DNA of 64,000 nucleotides from the human T2T-CHM13v2.0 reference genome, Homo sapiens (GCF_009914755.1 NC_060947.1), one strand, 5' to 3'. Counted from the stretch's first letter, positions 43,403-58,147 are shown. Numbers and translations: made by a program. The notes: generated by a model from the letters alone, not told the origin.

Positions 43403-46400
43403 CTAAAGGCCCTTCCCCTACCTGTCGTGCAAATCCCCTTCCGTCTAGTCTCTGGCCTAAAACCAGTTGAGATGGACCCTCCTCCTCGGGAAGTCCTGCC
43501 TCTTTCTGAAGGCAGGGTGCCTGCTGAATCTGGTCCCTGTGGCCCTGTTTGCTCAAATGGCTTCTGCAGTTTTAAGGGGAAGTTGGAATAAGACATGTGA
43601 AAAGGGGAGGGTGGAAACTGAAATCTTAAAAGACAAAACAAATGAGCACTGAGCCCCCAGCTTGCACATGTAAATCCATGGGAATCAAAGGCTTGCAGAA
43701 CGGTGGCAGTAGTCGGCTGTCTAACTGGGAGGATGAACAGTATGCTATGTGCTGATTTGGCTGAAAAGACTGTCTTCCCTAGTAAGCAAATTATTGATTA
43801 TAAACTGTTATGATTCCTTCGGAGCCATTGTGGCCAACCATATTATTCCATCTGCCTTAAATGCCTGCTGTGTTCCCATGCCAAAACCCTTATGAAATTT
43901 CCACTGGAAAAAAAAAATGAGTAGCAAATTCAGGTCTCAGTGCTCATATATAATTTCAGATTTCATTAATAGTTATTAAATATATGCCCTGAGGAAGGAT
44001 AAAGTTCCTCATATGAATGGAAAGAGAATTGAATTTATAAATAAGGTGATTCTGTTTTCAAGGACTGTTCATTAGACACATCCAGTGCACACTTGAAAAA
44101 AAAAAACATTTAAATGAAAGGTGTTTAAAATCTCACAGGATAAAAAGCAATGCAATGTTGGGAAAAGATAGGCTTGCTCAAAAAAATTTTAAAAATGACT
44201 AATTCGGAAACATTTCTCTCTGCCTGGAGTTTGAAAATGAACTTTGGGGAAAATTCAAAAAAGTTGTAAAATATTTTTATATCGTGTCCCCAAAATATCC
44301 ACATCTAGAAAATAGTGATGCATGTATTGGTAGGTGGCAAACTGGATGCTAAAAGCATGTTGAAAATTGGTATTAATCTTTTTTAAAAGCTACAATTATA
44401 AAAATAATAAAATAGGGTATTTAAGTAATTTTGACTAAGCGAAGCCCTTTGAAGTTTTAGGCTACTAAGCCACATAACCTGGACAATAACTTCTGTAGTG
44501 GGAGTTGTCAAAAGTCCAAGTAAAAAATTCAAATCCTTTTCAGACCTGTCACAAATCTCCTGAAAAGCTGTACAAATGGTGTAGTTCTAGCTTAATGTGA
44601 ATAAGCAGATAGAGAAGGTTTGAAAGAGATATTTAAGTTGGCAAAAGTTCAGAAGAACAGAGTGGTTGGTTTGGTTTTTGTTTTTGTTTTGTTATGAGGG
44701 CAAATAAAATATTTGCCTGAGTGCTGAATTCCTAAAGAGAGATATTGTTGAACTGAAGACATTTTTGGATCAGGTGAGTTCTCTTATTTCCACTGAATTG
44801 TCTTATTAGAAAAGAATAGACAAGAGAGTTTTTTTTTGTTTTTTGTTTTTTGTTTTTTTTGTCATCTGTCAGCCTGCTGGTACATCAGCTGCCACCAGAG
44901 ATAAAACGTACAGAATACCTTCAGACGTTGTGGGTTCAAATGTTAGCTTTTCTCACTGAAAAATGTACTCTGCTATATTTTATGGGAAAAAAATGCTGTT
45001 GTAAATAACCTTAACATAACTGTTGAAGCAATGAAGACAATTTTTCTATTTGAATTTTATCTCGTAAGACCCCCTGAAATGAAATTTTATCTTTTAAAAT
45101 AAACACTTCCCAAACAGAGAGAGACTGAGATCAATTAAGCCTTCCCTCCTGCTTTATCTTGTTTTCATTTCCCGAGTGAGCGAGGTGCACTGTATGATGG
45201 TGATGCGATTAGCCGGGTGTGTGGGACCAGAGGGCCATTTTCTATGGCCCTGCAATCTCCATGATCAGTCTAGGGTCTAGGGAACATTTCCCTTGGAAAG
45301 TTCACATTACCTCAAGTGAAAAGTCTCGTTATTGAAAAACAGTAATTATTTAGTTGCAAAATATATTAAACATAATTCTTATTTTTATTGTTTTGCTAGG
45401 TAGCTAAATTCAAAGTTGTCACTAAACATATGAAAATGTTGGGTTTTATATTACCCTTAAAATATGTTTTCGTATAAGTTTGATTCTAAGATATGTGATT
45501 TTTACCAGGCTGTTGCTCATACCAACAGTCCAACTCCAGAGAACTTGCAGGAAAAGTTTGAAAAAGTAATCCTACAGTGACATTGATATAAGGGGATAAG
45601 CAAGAAAACGTTAGTGTAAATCCTATTTAGCTAGTTATAAGTTGGACTGTGGTTGAAGTTTGTTTGTAGATTGATGATTTAAACAGAGATGCTTTGGAAA
45701 AATAAGCAAAGTCCAAATTCAAATATGTCCCCTGTTAAGACATAGAGAAGTAAAAGTGATTCACGGAGAAGATTGCAGAAAACAAAAATCTACCTCCCTC
45801 TCTAGAACAGTAACAAAAGTAGAAAAACTGAAGAATATTGAAACATTTTCATTTTCCCGTATATAGATTTTTTTTTTGTTGTTGTTCAAGAGTTGCTGAT
45901 GGGAGATAGTAACTAACCTGGCAATGAGAATGGAAAAATGAATTGTAAAAACCAAACAAATTAAATGTCAGATGATGCTTTCATGTAGCAAAGGGAGTTA
46001 TCTGTCATTCCTCGAGAAGCATAAGAAAAAGAACAGATTTACCCCCTACTTCATGGCAAAGACATTTGGTAAAAGGCAGACTACAGCATGACTAAAACAG
46101 AATCTCACCACCCCCCAAGCCAGGGGTCGTTATCGACAGCATAAAAGCTCAGGTGGCAGCTGTGGAATTCCAAATGAACTAAGAAATGTGGAGCGAGCCA
46201 ACCTAGTTCAGCGGGAAAGAATGTCAACAATTTCCCCATGGACTCCTGGGAGCCTGTTGTGAGCACATCTCTTTATAGCCTTCAGAGAAACAGAGGCATA
46301 TGAAGAACAGCCCGGGGAACTGAGAAAGAGTTCCAGAAAGTTTAGAATGTCAGAGATGGCCCACTGAAGTAAAGAAATATGAGAACAAAATTGAGGTGGG

Positions 46401-47587
46401 GAAACTGGTGGAAAGGAGACAGTTTGCTTCTGTTTTCTGTTGCTAAATGCTTTCCTGTGCTTGCCCGCCCACATGCTCACAACTTATGAGGAAGCAAGAA
46501 AAGAAGCTGCACTTTGCAAAAAATATCTAATGAATAGAATTCTACTCTGTGATGTGAATCTATCACTAATTTTCTTGGTGACATGACACCACCTTAAGAA
46601 ATGAAATGAACAAGATATCCAGGACATAATCACATTTCTCTGTATATGCACACATACAGCTTCATATGGACATGCAAAATTAAGAGCATATAGCATACGG
46701 CCACTTATGACAGGGCATTTCTATAGTCCATATAAATTAAGCTCCTTTGGAAGGAGAAAAAAATCCCATGCTACTTATTTATGCAAGTGTTTTCAAATAA
46801 GTTTCTCTATTTGATAAGTGTAATGTAATCATACACAAGCGAGCAATGAAATTAGAAATAAAGACATTGCATGTTAGGAGCAAAGTAGGCAATTTCATAA
46901 GGAGCTTTTAATTCTGAGAGCATTTCGAATGGAGTATTTGAATTGATTTTATCTAATTAATATGCTAAATTACAGTGAACAAAGAAAGACAAGTACAATC
47001 GTGTAGGGCATGTGGACTTGTAGCATTTCCAAGCAGGGAGGACCTTTGGGAGTCTCCAGTCCAACTCCCTCACTTCACAGACATTCCTACCATGTGAAGT
47101 CACACACACAAGCTCGGGTCAAGGCTACGTGTCCAGTCACTTATGTATGCATCAGAAGGGGGAGATAGACACACACTCAAACACACAGAGAAAGAACATG
47201 AAAAACAATGCAGCATACACTTGTGGCAATGTACTCTCCTGGAAGAAAACATACAGGTTTTGCAGAGAAGAGGGATTCATCAGATATAAAGTCAGGCCTT
47301 TATGTTGTGGGCTGAAAGCTCAGGTGGCATATATAGATTTCCAGATAAGCTAAAAATGACAAGTGTGCAGAATTCACTTGCAAAGGCTGCCAGCACTTTC
47401 CCGGGCATTGGACCCAAGTTGCATTGCCATGTTACCTCTCTGTTGTCCTAAGAAATTGAAGGTGCTCTCACCATGTTTGAAAACCTCCCAAATTAAAATC
47501 ACCTCTATGACATGAATACCAGGAGCACCAGGTCTCAGTCTCCATAGCATTTTCATTGCTCCCTGCATGCACCCAGACATCTTAGCA

Positions 47588-47771
47588 TGGTGGTCCTTGA
47601 ACTTGGGCATCAGCCTCAGCTGGAGGGCTTGCCAAAACAGATTGTTGGGTTTGACCCCGTCAGAATTCCTGACTCAGTAAATCTGGGTGGGGCCTGAGAA
47701 TCTGCATTTCTAACAAGTGTCCAGGTTGTGCTGCTGCTAGTGCAAGGATCACACTTGGATCCAACACACTG
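47588..47771 (-). mobile_element. MER5A
   Basis: CTGGGTGGGGCCTGAGAATCTGCATTTCTAACAAG...CCAGGT...GCTGCTG reverse MER5A. Confidence 0.82.
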
Positions 47772-48487
47772 CACTAGCACAGCTTAGGTTTGCTGAAATT
47801 GGATTACCGAGTTGACAGATGAAAATGATTCTCTTTTATTGGACCACATAATGGATGTGTGCATCTGTCACCTGCAGATGAAAGTGGTGGCAAAATGTGA
47901 AATTTCTAGCATTGCCATCAGGAAAATATTGACAAGCATCATTAGGAAAATTTTCCAAAGCGGGGTTTAAATGATCTCCATGTGCAAGATCAATGGGATG
48001 GAACATCTTTTGAAAAGTTGTTTCATCAATGAAAACTAAAATGAATACTTGCTGCAATTGCTGAGGTTTATGCATGCAGTTCCAAGAAGTGTGGAGAATT
48101 TTTAAAAGTCATTTTTTTTGGATTAAATTAAGTATTTCTGAAACTATCTCATTAGAAAAGAACTTTTTCATTATTGAAACTTTACATCTGAACTCTTACT
48201 TTTTAAAGTATTACATAGTTTAAGCTGGATGTTCTTTTTCTTGGGTTTTACTTTTCAACAGGAAATGGAACTCTATCGAAATAAAGAAATAAATGTTCTG
48301 CTTACATGTGCTATTCTGAACAACGTAGTTATTTATAAAGGGGGGTTTCTATTTTTACTAACTCAATATGTACCAGAAAAAATTAATAATTTAAATACAG
48401 ATTTGAAGACAACTCAAAATTTTATTAATCCTAATAATGGTTTTAAACCATATTAATGTACATCAATTGGTCTCATAAGTCACTTTA

Positions 48488-48803
48488 TTTATTTATTTAT
48501 TTATTTATTTTTGAGACAGGGTCTTACTCTGTCACCCAGGCTGGAGTGCAGTGGCATGATCTCCGCTTTGCAGCCTCCACTTCCCAGGCTCAAGTTATCC
48601 TTCCACCTCAGCCTCCCAAGCAGCTGGGACTACAGGCATATGCCAGCATGCCCTGCTTTTTTTTTTTTTTGTTTTGTATTTTTTGTAGAGATGGGGTTTT
48701 GCCATGTTGCCCAGGCTCGTCTGGAACTCCTGAGCTCAAGCAATCTGCCCGTCTCAGCCTCCCAAAGTACTGGGATTTCAGGTGTGAGCTACTGCACCTG
48801 GCC
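48488..48803 (-). mobile_element. AluJ
   Basis: (TTTA)n tail; TSD TCATAA(G/T)TCACTTTA at 48473-48487 and 48804-48818. Confidence 0.94.
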
Positions 48804-48972
48804 TCATAATTCACTTTATATTTTGCATTAAAACTAGTTTGTCTATCAAGACAGATAGAAAGTGTCCTTGTTCTAAATAGGTTTATTTGTTCTCCTTATT
48901 ACCCTCATCTGAATCTGTAGGCCACTGACAAAGAGTTTTTTCAGGTCTCCAAATGACTCCATGTTTTCTTGA

Positions 48973-49316
<344 letters not shown>

Positions 49317-51079
49317 TTTAAATAGTACTTTTTCTGTGTTGCTCTCCTCCAAATTTAACTAAAAGGGATTTTATGTCTTGTTTGTAAGCTTCAAGAAAAG
49401 CTGCAAAAATTTAAAGAATACAAATTAGAAATTATATCAATTTAACAAGCAAATGAAGCAAACAATTTAAAATCTGAACACAGTTTATTGCTTTTTCACC
49501 GGCAGGCAAATGATTATGTTCCCACAGTGTAAACTTTCCTATTTTGAGTCTTTTATCCTGTAAAACACTAATTCCTTTATCAGGAGGTCCCAAATAGAAA
49601 ATACTCCTTTTTCAATGGACATTGACAACACGCATGTATGCTATTATTACGCACTGAAGGTATAGCTGAACTCATGCAATCTTGCTAGTAATTTCACTTT
49701 GGAGATTTGTGATAAGATATTGCCATAGAATGAGACTTTGAAGACATTTAGTCCTAAGCGAGTGCTGTTACTCAATTTTGCATAACAGTTTCACATTTGA
49801 AGGAGACCGAGGAAATGCTGGCGACGCAGGGCTGAGGCACAACTTTGATGTGGGGCCTCTTGGTAGTGGGCCAAGTGGTTCTAATTATTTTCAGAACTTT
49901 CTCTTGCAGTGGGAAGGAGTTGGAAAGAGGATCACATAGGCGCACAAATCTGGTTCCCAAAGTGAAGTGAGATGAGAAACGCTTCTGGTGATCTATGCCA
50001 GTGACGGGTGAGATAATCTTCCTTCCTTCCCCTTTGTGATGCCACTTTCAGCAGGATGCTTCTTCCTCTGCTCACCTGGAGCGCCTGTGACTTCTCTCTC
50101 CCTAGGGGACGGGGAGGGAGTGCCCTGATGTTTCTTCACTGCCTCCCTGGTCTTCCTCTGACCCCACCCTCCGCCACTCCCCCAACCCCATTTGTTTCTT
50201 AGCCACCTCTGTCATTTACATCACTGTGTTGCCTGCCCCATACAGGAATCTGCACCCATTTCATTTGCACAAGTTCCCATTCTCAACTCCTCTTTTCAGG
50301 GACAATTCAGCACTCAAGTTCTCTAGCATAAGAAATGCCTGTGTGGTTTGTAAAGCACAATTTACAAACAGATACAAAAAATTTTCTAAGCGAGTGAATT
50401 CAGTTGCTTGATACATTAGGCAAGAAGAGGCCAAATGGGAATCTGGGTTGGAGTTGTCCGCTGACTCCTGAGGACACTGATCTTCTCCTAGCGGACTCTC
50501 TCGCATAGTCGCTGCTAGCTTTGCACAAGCCTCTCTTCCAGGTACACATAAACTTTGTTGATGAAATCCTCATACCGTTCTGAGAAGCATTTTTTCCAAC
50601 CAATCTGATTTTGGAGTTAAACACATTGCATCAAGTCGATCACAAATTACACCTGTGATAGATCAATGCTCAGTGCCTGACAATGTCCTGGATAGTCAGT
50701 CAAGGGCAGGTGAAGGCTTGCACTCGGGGGGAAGTAAGAGAGCACACTGCCTTTTATAAATCTACAATTGTGCCAATTCTGCAATGGTTACTGCATATAC
50801 TGCTCACGTTTCTCTTTTCATTCTTCTGCTGGTTTGCTTAATTGAATCCCCCTCTCTCTAAAGATATAAGAATGTAATATCACTTACATTCTTTATGCCA
50901 AAACTGTAAAATGCCTTTTATTTTCTTGGATATGTCTCAGATAGCAAAGAAAATGAAAATTTTACATTTCCTTTTTATACTGTCCCCACAAACATCTCAT
51001 AAACATGCTTTTGCATAGGTATAACTTGCGAGGGGAAGTATTAATATGGAGTTGTCTTTGTCTTCAAAAAACAAAACAA

Positions 51080-51396
51080 GGTCGGGGTGCAGTGGCTCTT
51101 GCCTGTAATCCTAGCACTTTGGGAGGCAGAAGTTGGAGGCCAGGAGTTTGAGACCAGCCTGGGCAACATAAGGAAACCCCATCTCTACCAAAAATAAAAA
51201 ATTAGCTGGATGTTATGGTGCCTGCCTGTAGTTCCAGTTACTCAGGAGGCTGAGGCAGGAGGATTGCTTGAGCCTAGGAGTTCCATGCTGCAGTGAGCTA
51301 TGATTACACCATGTCACTGCACTCTAGCCTGAACGACACAGCAAAACCCTGCCTCTAAAAACAAAACAAAACAAAGACAAAAACAAAACGGAAAAA
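51080..51396 (+). mobile_element. AluJ with small left-monomer deletion
   Basis: GGAGGATTGCTTGAGCC and GCTGCAGTGAGCTATGAT; (CAAAA)n tail. Confidence 0.92.
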
Positions 51397-51771
51397 CCCC
51401 ATCATTGCCATAGTGTCTGTTAATCACTGTGACAAGTCCGTAATTATCTTGCTTGCTCTTCCAGCTGGGTAGAATCTATAGAATATTTAAACCAATCCAT
51501 ACCTCCCGCCTTGAAATGAATTGTCTAAGCTTTGCTATCATGTTATTTTCTATGCTATTACTTTATTTTCTATTAATGACTGTATGAGTGCCTTAGAACA
51601 GCAGGAAGTTATTATCTTATCACACAGCTGATATCAACCATTATCTCTCACTCAGAACAACAGACAGCAAGGAGATGATTCCTTTTACCAAAATGTAAGG
51701 CTAATAATACATTTAAGTAAATTGTTAAGAGAGTCTAACTATGTAGATCCCATGTTCAGTTCCTTCATTTT

Positions 51772-51802
51772 ACACACACACACACACACACATACACACA
51801 CA
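51772..51802 (+). repeat. (CA)n microsatellite
   Basis: About 15 CA units with one interruption. Confidence 0.95.
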
Positions 51803-51934
51803 TCTGTGCACTAACGAATTTTCTATAGGTGAAGAATATGCTGCTTTCCTCAAATGTTTATGCCTTTTTAAATTTAATCAATGATGCAGTATTCAACTGG
51901 GTACCAATAAAGTTTTGTTCTCTGACCAAGTACA

Positions 51935-52353
51935 CTGGAGTGCTGGAAGATTGGCCCCAATCCTTCACCTCTCCCTGTATCTCAGCCCTTTGCCACAGTA
52001 CACTGTGGGCAGGGTGTACTTCTTTGCTCCTTGTCTTGGTCACATGACTTGTTTTGGCCCATGGAATGAAGCAGAAGTGACAGTGTACCTATCCTAAACC
52101 AAGGCTTCAAGAGGTCTTATGTGTTTTCACTTGTTCTCTTTCAAATTTGCTATTGCCATAAGAAGGACATGCCTGGGCTAGCCTGTCCATACAAAGAGGA
52201 GGATGACAAGGACTTAGAGTAAAGCTCTCCCCATGCCAAGCCCAGGTTAGCCAACACCCAGTTGATTGGTAGACTTGGGAGACATAAGTGATAGTTTTTC
52301 TAAGCCACTATGTATGAAGGTAGTTTGTTATGGGGAATTAGGTAACTGATACA
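51935..52353 (+). mobile_element. MLT1H/I-like solo LTR (ERVL-MaLR)
   Basis: CATGACTTGTTTTGGCCCATGGAATG...GCAGAAGTGACAGTG; end TAAGCCACT...GTTTGTTA...TAACTGATACA. Confidence 0.8.
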
Positions 52354-52479
52354 GCATTAAGTCGCCATCAGGTGGGTTTGGTTTACAGCATTGATTGGTA
52401 GTGGTTCATTTCATTAGCTTAGTTTTAAATTTGATATAATGATACGTTAATATTACTCAGTATAATCTTAGGAGAATCA

Positions 52480-52690
52480 TAATAGAAATAGATTGGCTTT
52501 AACTACAGAGCCAGATGACTCTATATTTATAGAGAGGGAAAATTCCCTTATCTTTCAGAACTTCGATGTTTGCACATCTGTAAAACAATAATTACAATAT
52601 TTACCTTGAAGGGTAGGAATCCATGGATAAAGTATGTGATCTACCCAGCATATGGCAGAACAACAAATAAATGTTAGCTATTATTTTTAT
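52480..52690 (+). mobile_element. MIR relic
   Basis: CATCTGTAAAA...TACCTTGAAGGGT...AATAAATGTTAGCTATTATT. Confidence 0.65.
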
Positions 52691-52936
52691 TCAGTACAAT
52701 CTGTGAGAGAAAGTCTATTAATACTTGGGTCATTATTTGTATTCCTTTTTCTTTTATTTCTTTTAATGTTTTGCTCATTTTCTTCCGGTTTTACTTATAT
52801 AACTCTTCGCTTTTCCTTGCCTTCTGAAAAATTCAAGTATAAAGTCTACCATTCTTTTTGCCCAGGGTCCAAAAGGATGATTTACCAAAAATGGAAAGAC
52901 CCACTGAGCTATTTATACTGCTCTGGACACAAGTTT

Positions 52937-52974
52937 CATCTTATGGACACATTTCCATCTTATGGACACATTTC
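52937..52974. repeat. 19-bp tandem duplication
   Basis: CATCTTATGGACACATTTC twice, exact; degenerate partial copy at 52924. Confidence 0.95.
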
Positions 52975-52993
52975 CAAACACAAACACAAAGTT

Positions 52994-53282
<289 letters not shown>

Positions 53283-53517
53283 TGAAGGAAAATCAAGCAG
53301 AGCAGATCACTAAACGTATTCCTTAAATATGTTCTCTTCCCTCCCCTATCCTCCATAAAATCCCACAAATAAGTATCAGATATAAGTGAGATGCTTCCTA
53401 ATTTAAACCCATGATCCACTGTGTAGGAAGCAATGACAACAGCAAGACGTTTACTTTCCTTTATGTTGTAGCCACAGAAGTGATCTTAGTTTAGATAGGC
53501 TTGTCAAATGATTTTGC

Positions 53518-54954
53518 CAAGAGTGGGCAAACTTTTTCTGAAAACGGTCAGATAGTACGTATTTTCCGCTTTGTGGGCCACATGGTCTCTATCCCAAATA
53601 TGCAACTCTTCCATTGTAACATGCAAGCAACCATAGACAATATGTATAGAAATTTACATGGCTGGTTTTTTTTTTTTTGCCCTTTTTATTTATTTATTTA
53701 TTTTTATTATACTTTAAGTTCTAGGGTACATGTGCACAACGTGCAGGTTTGTTACATATGTATACATGTGCCATGTTAGTGTGCTGCACCCATCAACCCG
53801 TCATCTAACATTAGGTATATCTCCCAATGCTATCCCTCCCCCCTTCCCCCCACCCCACAACAGGCCCCGGTGTGTGATGTTCCCCACCCTGTGTCCAAGT
53901 GTTCTCATTGTTCGATTCCCACCTATGAGTGAGAACATGCAGTGTTTGGTTTTCTGTCCTTGTGATAGTTTGCTCAGAATGATGGTCTCCAGCTTCATCC
54001 ATGTCCCTACAAAGGACATGAACTCATCCTTTCTTATGGCTGCGTAGTATTCCACGGTGTATATGTGCCACATTTTCTTAATCCAGTCTATCATTGATGA
54101 ACATTTGGGTTGGTTCCAAGTCTTTGCTATTGTGAATAGTGCCGCAATAAACATATGTGTGCATGTGTCTTTATAGCAGCATGATTTATAATCCTTTGGG
54201 TATATACCCAGTGATGGGATGGCTGGGTCAAATGGTATCTCTAGTCCTAGGTCCTTGAGGAATCGCCACACTGTCTTCCACAATGGTTGAACTAGTTGAC
54301 AGTCCCACCAACAGTGTAAAAGTGTTCCTATTTCTCCACATCCTCTCCAGCACCTGTTGTTTCCTGACTTTTGAATGATCGCCATTCTAACTGGTGTGAG
54401 ATGGTATCTCATTGTGGTTTTGATTTGCGTTTCTCTGATAGCCAGTGATGATGAGCATTTTTTCATGTGTCTTTTGGCTGCATAAATGTCTTCTTTTGAG
54501 AAGTGTCTGTTCATATCCTTCACCCACTTGTTGATGGGGTTGTTTGTTTTTTTCTTGTAAACTTGTTTGAGTTCATTGTAGATTCTGGATATTAGCCCTT
54601 CGTCAGATGGGTAGATTGTAAACATTTTCTCCCATTCTGTAGGTTGCCTGTTCACTCTGATGGTAGTTTCTTTTGCTGTGCAGAAGCTCTTTAGTTTAAT
54701 AAGATCCCATTTGTCAATTTTGGCTTTTGTTGCCATTGCTTTTGGTGTTGTAGACATGAAGTCCTTGCCCATGCCTATGTCCTGAATGGTAATGCCTAGG
54801 TTTTCTTCTAGGGTTTTTATGGTTTTACGTCTTACATTTAAGTCTTTAATCCATCTTGAACTAATTTTTATATAAGGTGTAAGGAAGGGATCCAGTTTCA
54901 GGTTTCTACATACGACTAGTTACATGGCTGTTTTCTATAATTCACCGACAGCTG
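53518..54954 (+). mobile_element. MER58A split by an L1 (pieces ~53518-53664 and ~54931-54954)
   Basis: GGCAAACTTTTTCTG...CAGATAGTA...GCAACCATAGACAATATGTA; terminal TTCACCGACAGCTG after the L1. Confidence 0.8.
53665..54919 (-). mobile_element. 5'-truncated L1PA (PA5/6-like 3' end), ~1.25 kb
   Basis: Open 323-aa frame covering the ORF2 C-terminus (53801-54772), 3'UTR and poly-T; TSD TTACATGGCTG at 53654-53664 and 54920-54930. Confidence 0.96.
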
Positions 54955-56403
54955 GTATAAACAATAAACTCTAAGACAAAAATAATGATGATATTAAAAT
55001 AAAATTAGCCACACTAAAGTTCAAATATGTTCCTAATATAATATTTACATTTCATGTAAATATCTCTTGGGTTTATCTTTTAAACCTTAGAATTTTTTTT
55101 AAAGCTCTGTGTATGATAATCAAAGGTTAGATTTTATTTATTGTATCTATCCTCATGGTCTGAAGTTTCTCAACATTTACAGAACAGAATTTCTTAGCAC
55201 AAATTCTGCCTGGCAGGCTGGTTTAATTTAATTTCTGTCTAATTGTTCTCTGTAGGACTTTCATTCTGTTATTTCTACATATGTCAACATTGGGTCTATG
55301 TGGCACCCATGTAATGGTATTTCCACCTATTTGCATGCTATGCCATCCTATTTTGTTGGTGACCATATTGGACAATACACTTTTTGCTTTCTAAATAGTA
55401 ATCAACAGGAATATCAATGGTAATATATATTTTTCCCACGGACTTTTCTGTAGAACCTCTCCTTGGCTTCTGAAAGCTTATAATGAAGGCATACTCATAC
55501 ACCATTTTTATTTAGCCCTCATCATGTTAACAGGCTCTCACACAAACCCAATAATTACTGTGGTTCACTCTTGTGGAGACTGGCTAACTAACATGCTCAG
55601 CCCATAAGAAAAATATTAGGGAAAGGAACGCACACTCTCCAGGTTCACACTCACCCAGCTGCCCAGACATGCTAAAGAAGTATTCATGTGTGAGCCCAGT
55701 TTGGTGTGCAGATGTTGGAGAATGGCTTGTGAAGACCTCCATGATAGCATTAAGCCTTCTGCAGAGTGAACTAGCTCAAGATGAATTTTTTCCAGGTTTT
55801 CATCATTAAAAAGGTTTCATTTACCAAGATGGGTTTCAGCAATCTCACAGTGTGACATTGATTTTATGGTGTAATTTAATCTGTACTTAATTTCAAAGGC
55901 TGGTATTCAGAGATAAAGCTAGACTTTGCAGTATATTCCTCTTGTGAGGCACAATGCAGGTTCCTTCTGTCTTCCAGAAGAAATGATTTATCATGTAGCA
56001 TGCGATTGATCAAGCCATGGGGTTTCCTTTCATCTTTTAGCTTGTCTGTATTCACAGTTTTTAAGGCTCTTTTCTTTTACTGCTCATATTTTTATTATTT
56101 TTGGTTTTAAACCATTATAGCCAAAAATGTTGCCAATGTGGGCTTTTTAAAAATTCTAGTTTATCACTGTTAATGTAAAGAGTGAGTCAAAAAATTCATG
56201 TGAAACTGGAGTCCTGGTTTGAACAATAAGCATGTGCAGAAACATCACTGTTTTTAAAAGCTCACTTCCCAATACCATATGAAAATAAACGGATGTTTTT
56301 AAAAGCAGAATTTGTGTAACAATTGTTAATAAAAAGCTAAAAGCTGACACAAAACTCTTTCATCTAGGAAGTATGCTGTCTAATATCATGGATGCTAAAA
56401 GAC

Positions 56404-56473
56404 AAAAAGAAAGAAAGAAAGAAAAGAAAGAAAGAAAAAGAAAGAAAGAAAGAAAGGAAAGGAAAGGAAAGGA

Positions 56474-56537
<64 letters not shown>

Positions 56538-56538
56538 A
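56404..56538 (+). repeat. Compound (GAAA)n/(GGAAA)n microsatellite
   Basis: ~135 bp pure purine repeat. Confidence 0.97.
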
Positions 56539-56760
56539 CCAAAACCAAAATGAAGCTCAAATCTCAGAAACAGAACCTCTTGCCTTAGGGTCTGAGCAGG
56601 GAGAATACACTCAAACACCCAAGGGGAGACAGGCAGGGTGCAGCCCTGAGGGTACTGATGGGACATAAGAAAAAGACCAACAATCGTGCCACAAAGGCCC
56701 CATCGGCTCTGCCTCTGTCTTGGGCAGACAGTTGGTCATCTCAAGCTCACCAGGAGCAAA

Positions 56761-56862
56761 ATTTTTGTCACAACTGGAGAGGGTGTGCTACCATCATTTA
56801 GTGGGTAGAGGATATGTAGGGGACTACTACAGATCCTGCAACCTACAATGCACAGGATAATC
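56761..56862 (+). mobile_element. MER20 internal fragment
   Basis: TTGTCACAACTGG...GTGCTAC...TAGTGGGTAGAGG...CCTACAATGCACAGGA. Confidence 0.78.
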
Positions 56863-57166
56863 GCCAAGCCTGGCCTGGAGGGTGGGGCTGGGGGTGGTGG
56901 TCTATGGTGAACTGGAGAGCACAAGCCTCCCTATAGGAGCAACATATCCAAGGATCCGGCTGATGTGGTCATGTGGGAATGTTCCATGCAGACACAGAAC
57001 CAAACCAAACAAGGACTTGAGATTTCTTCAGAATACAATGGGATGACTTCAAATTATATTTAGAGGCAGATGAGAAGAATCAAAATTTCTTAAAATATTT
57101 TGCCAAAAACACAATAAGAAGAAAGCTGACTTATTTCAACCCAAATCAGATTAAAGAACTGGGTAG

Positions 57167-57457
57167 GGCTGGACATGGTGGCTTTAACCTGTAATCCCAG
57201 CATTTTGGGAGGCAGAAGTTGGAGGATCATTTGAGGCCAGGAACTTGAGACCAGCCTGGGCAACAAGGTGAAACCTCGTCTCCATAAAAAGTATAAAACT
57301 TAGCCGGGTGTGGTAGCATGTGCCTGAGTCAGGAGGCTGAGGCGGGAGGACTGCTTGAGCCCAGCAGGTCAAGGCTACAGTGAGCCATGATCATGCCACT
57401 GCACTCCAGCCTGGGTGACAGAGCAAGACCCTGCCTCAAAAAAAAAAAAAAAAGAAA
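57167..57457 (+). mobile_element. AluJ
   Basis: GGTCAAGGCTACAGTGAGCCATGATC; A tail. Confidence 0.93.
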
Positions 57458-57841
57458 AATAGTTGGGTAAATAATTGGATTTGGACTCACATGTTGACAC
57501 AGTGACGCTAAAACGAAGATGTCTTTTGGGGCTCAGGGCACACAACCTGGGTGAGAGCAGCCTCTATGTCCCACATTTTAGGCTAAGCATCTAACCCATA
57601 AGGCTCCATGTTAGCATCCTCAGTCAGCCTGTAATGGAAATTCAATGCAGGCAATAAATGAATTTCATAGGGCTAACTCTTTTGTTTTAAATTTAGAAAG
57701 ACATTTAGTAATCATAGGGACAAACTGGGTATGTGATTGAAAACATTTTTAATGTTTAAGAGATTTTGGCTCATTAGAAAATGGGCATATTCATTCAGTC
57801 AATAAATATTTGTCAAATGATTAAATGTATTAGCCTTTTGA

Positions 57842-58147
<306 letters not shown>

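Noticed and set aside
49910-50007. Possible + strand exon (CTTTCTCTTGCAG acceptor, GG/GTGAGA donor)
   Set aside because: Splice-like signals are common; no recognisable coding homology or partner exons. RNA-seq junctions would be needed.
50514-50615. Protein-like minus-strand peptide ...SERYEDFINKVYVYLEERLVQS
   Set aside because: Only ~33 codons between stops, no ATG, weak acceptor, no family recognised. A tblastn or PhyloCSF hit would revive it.
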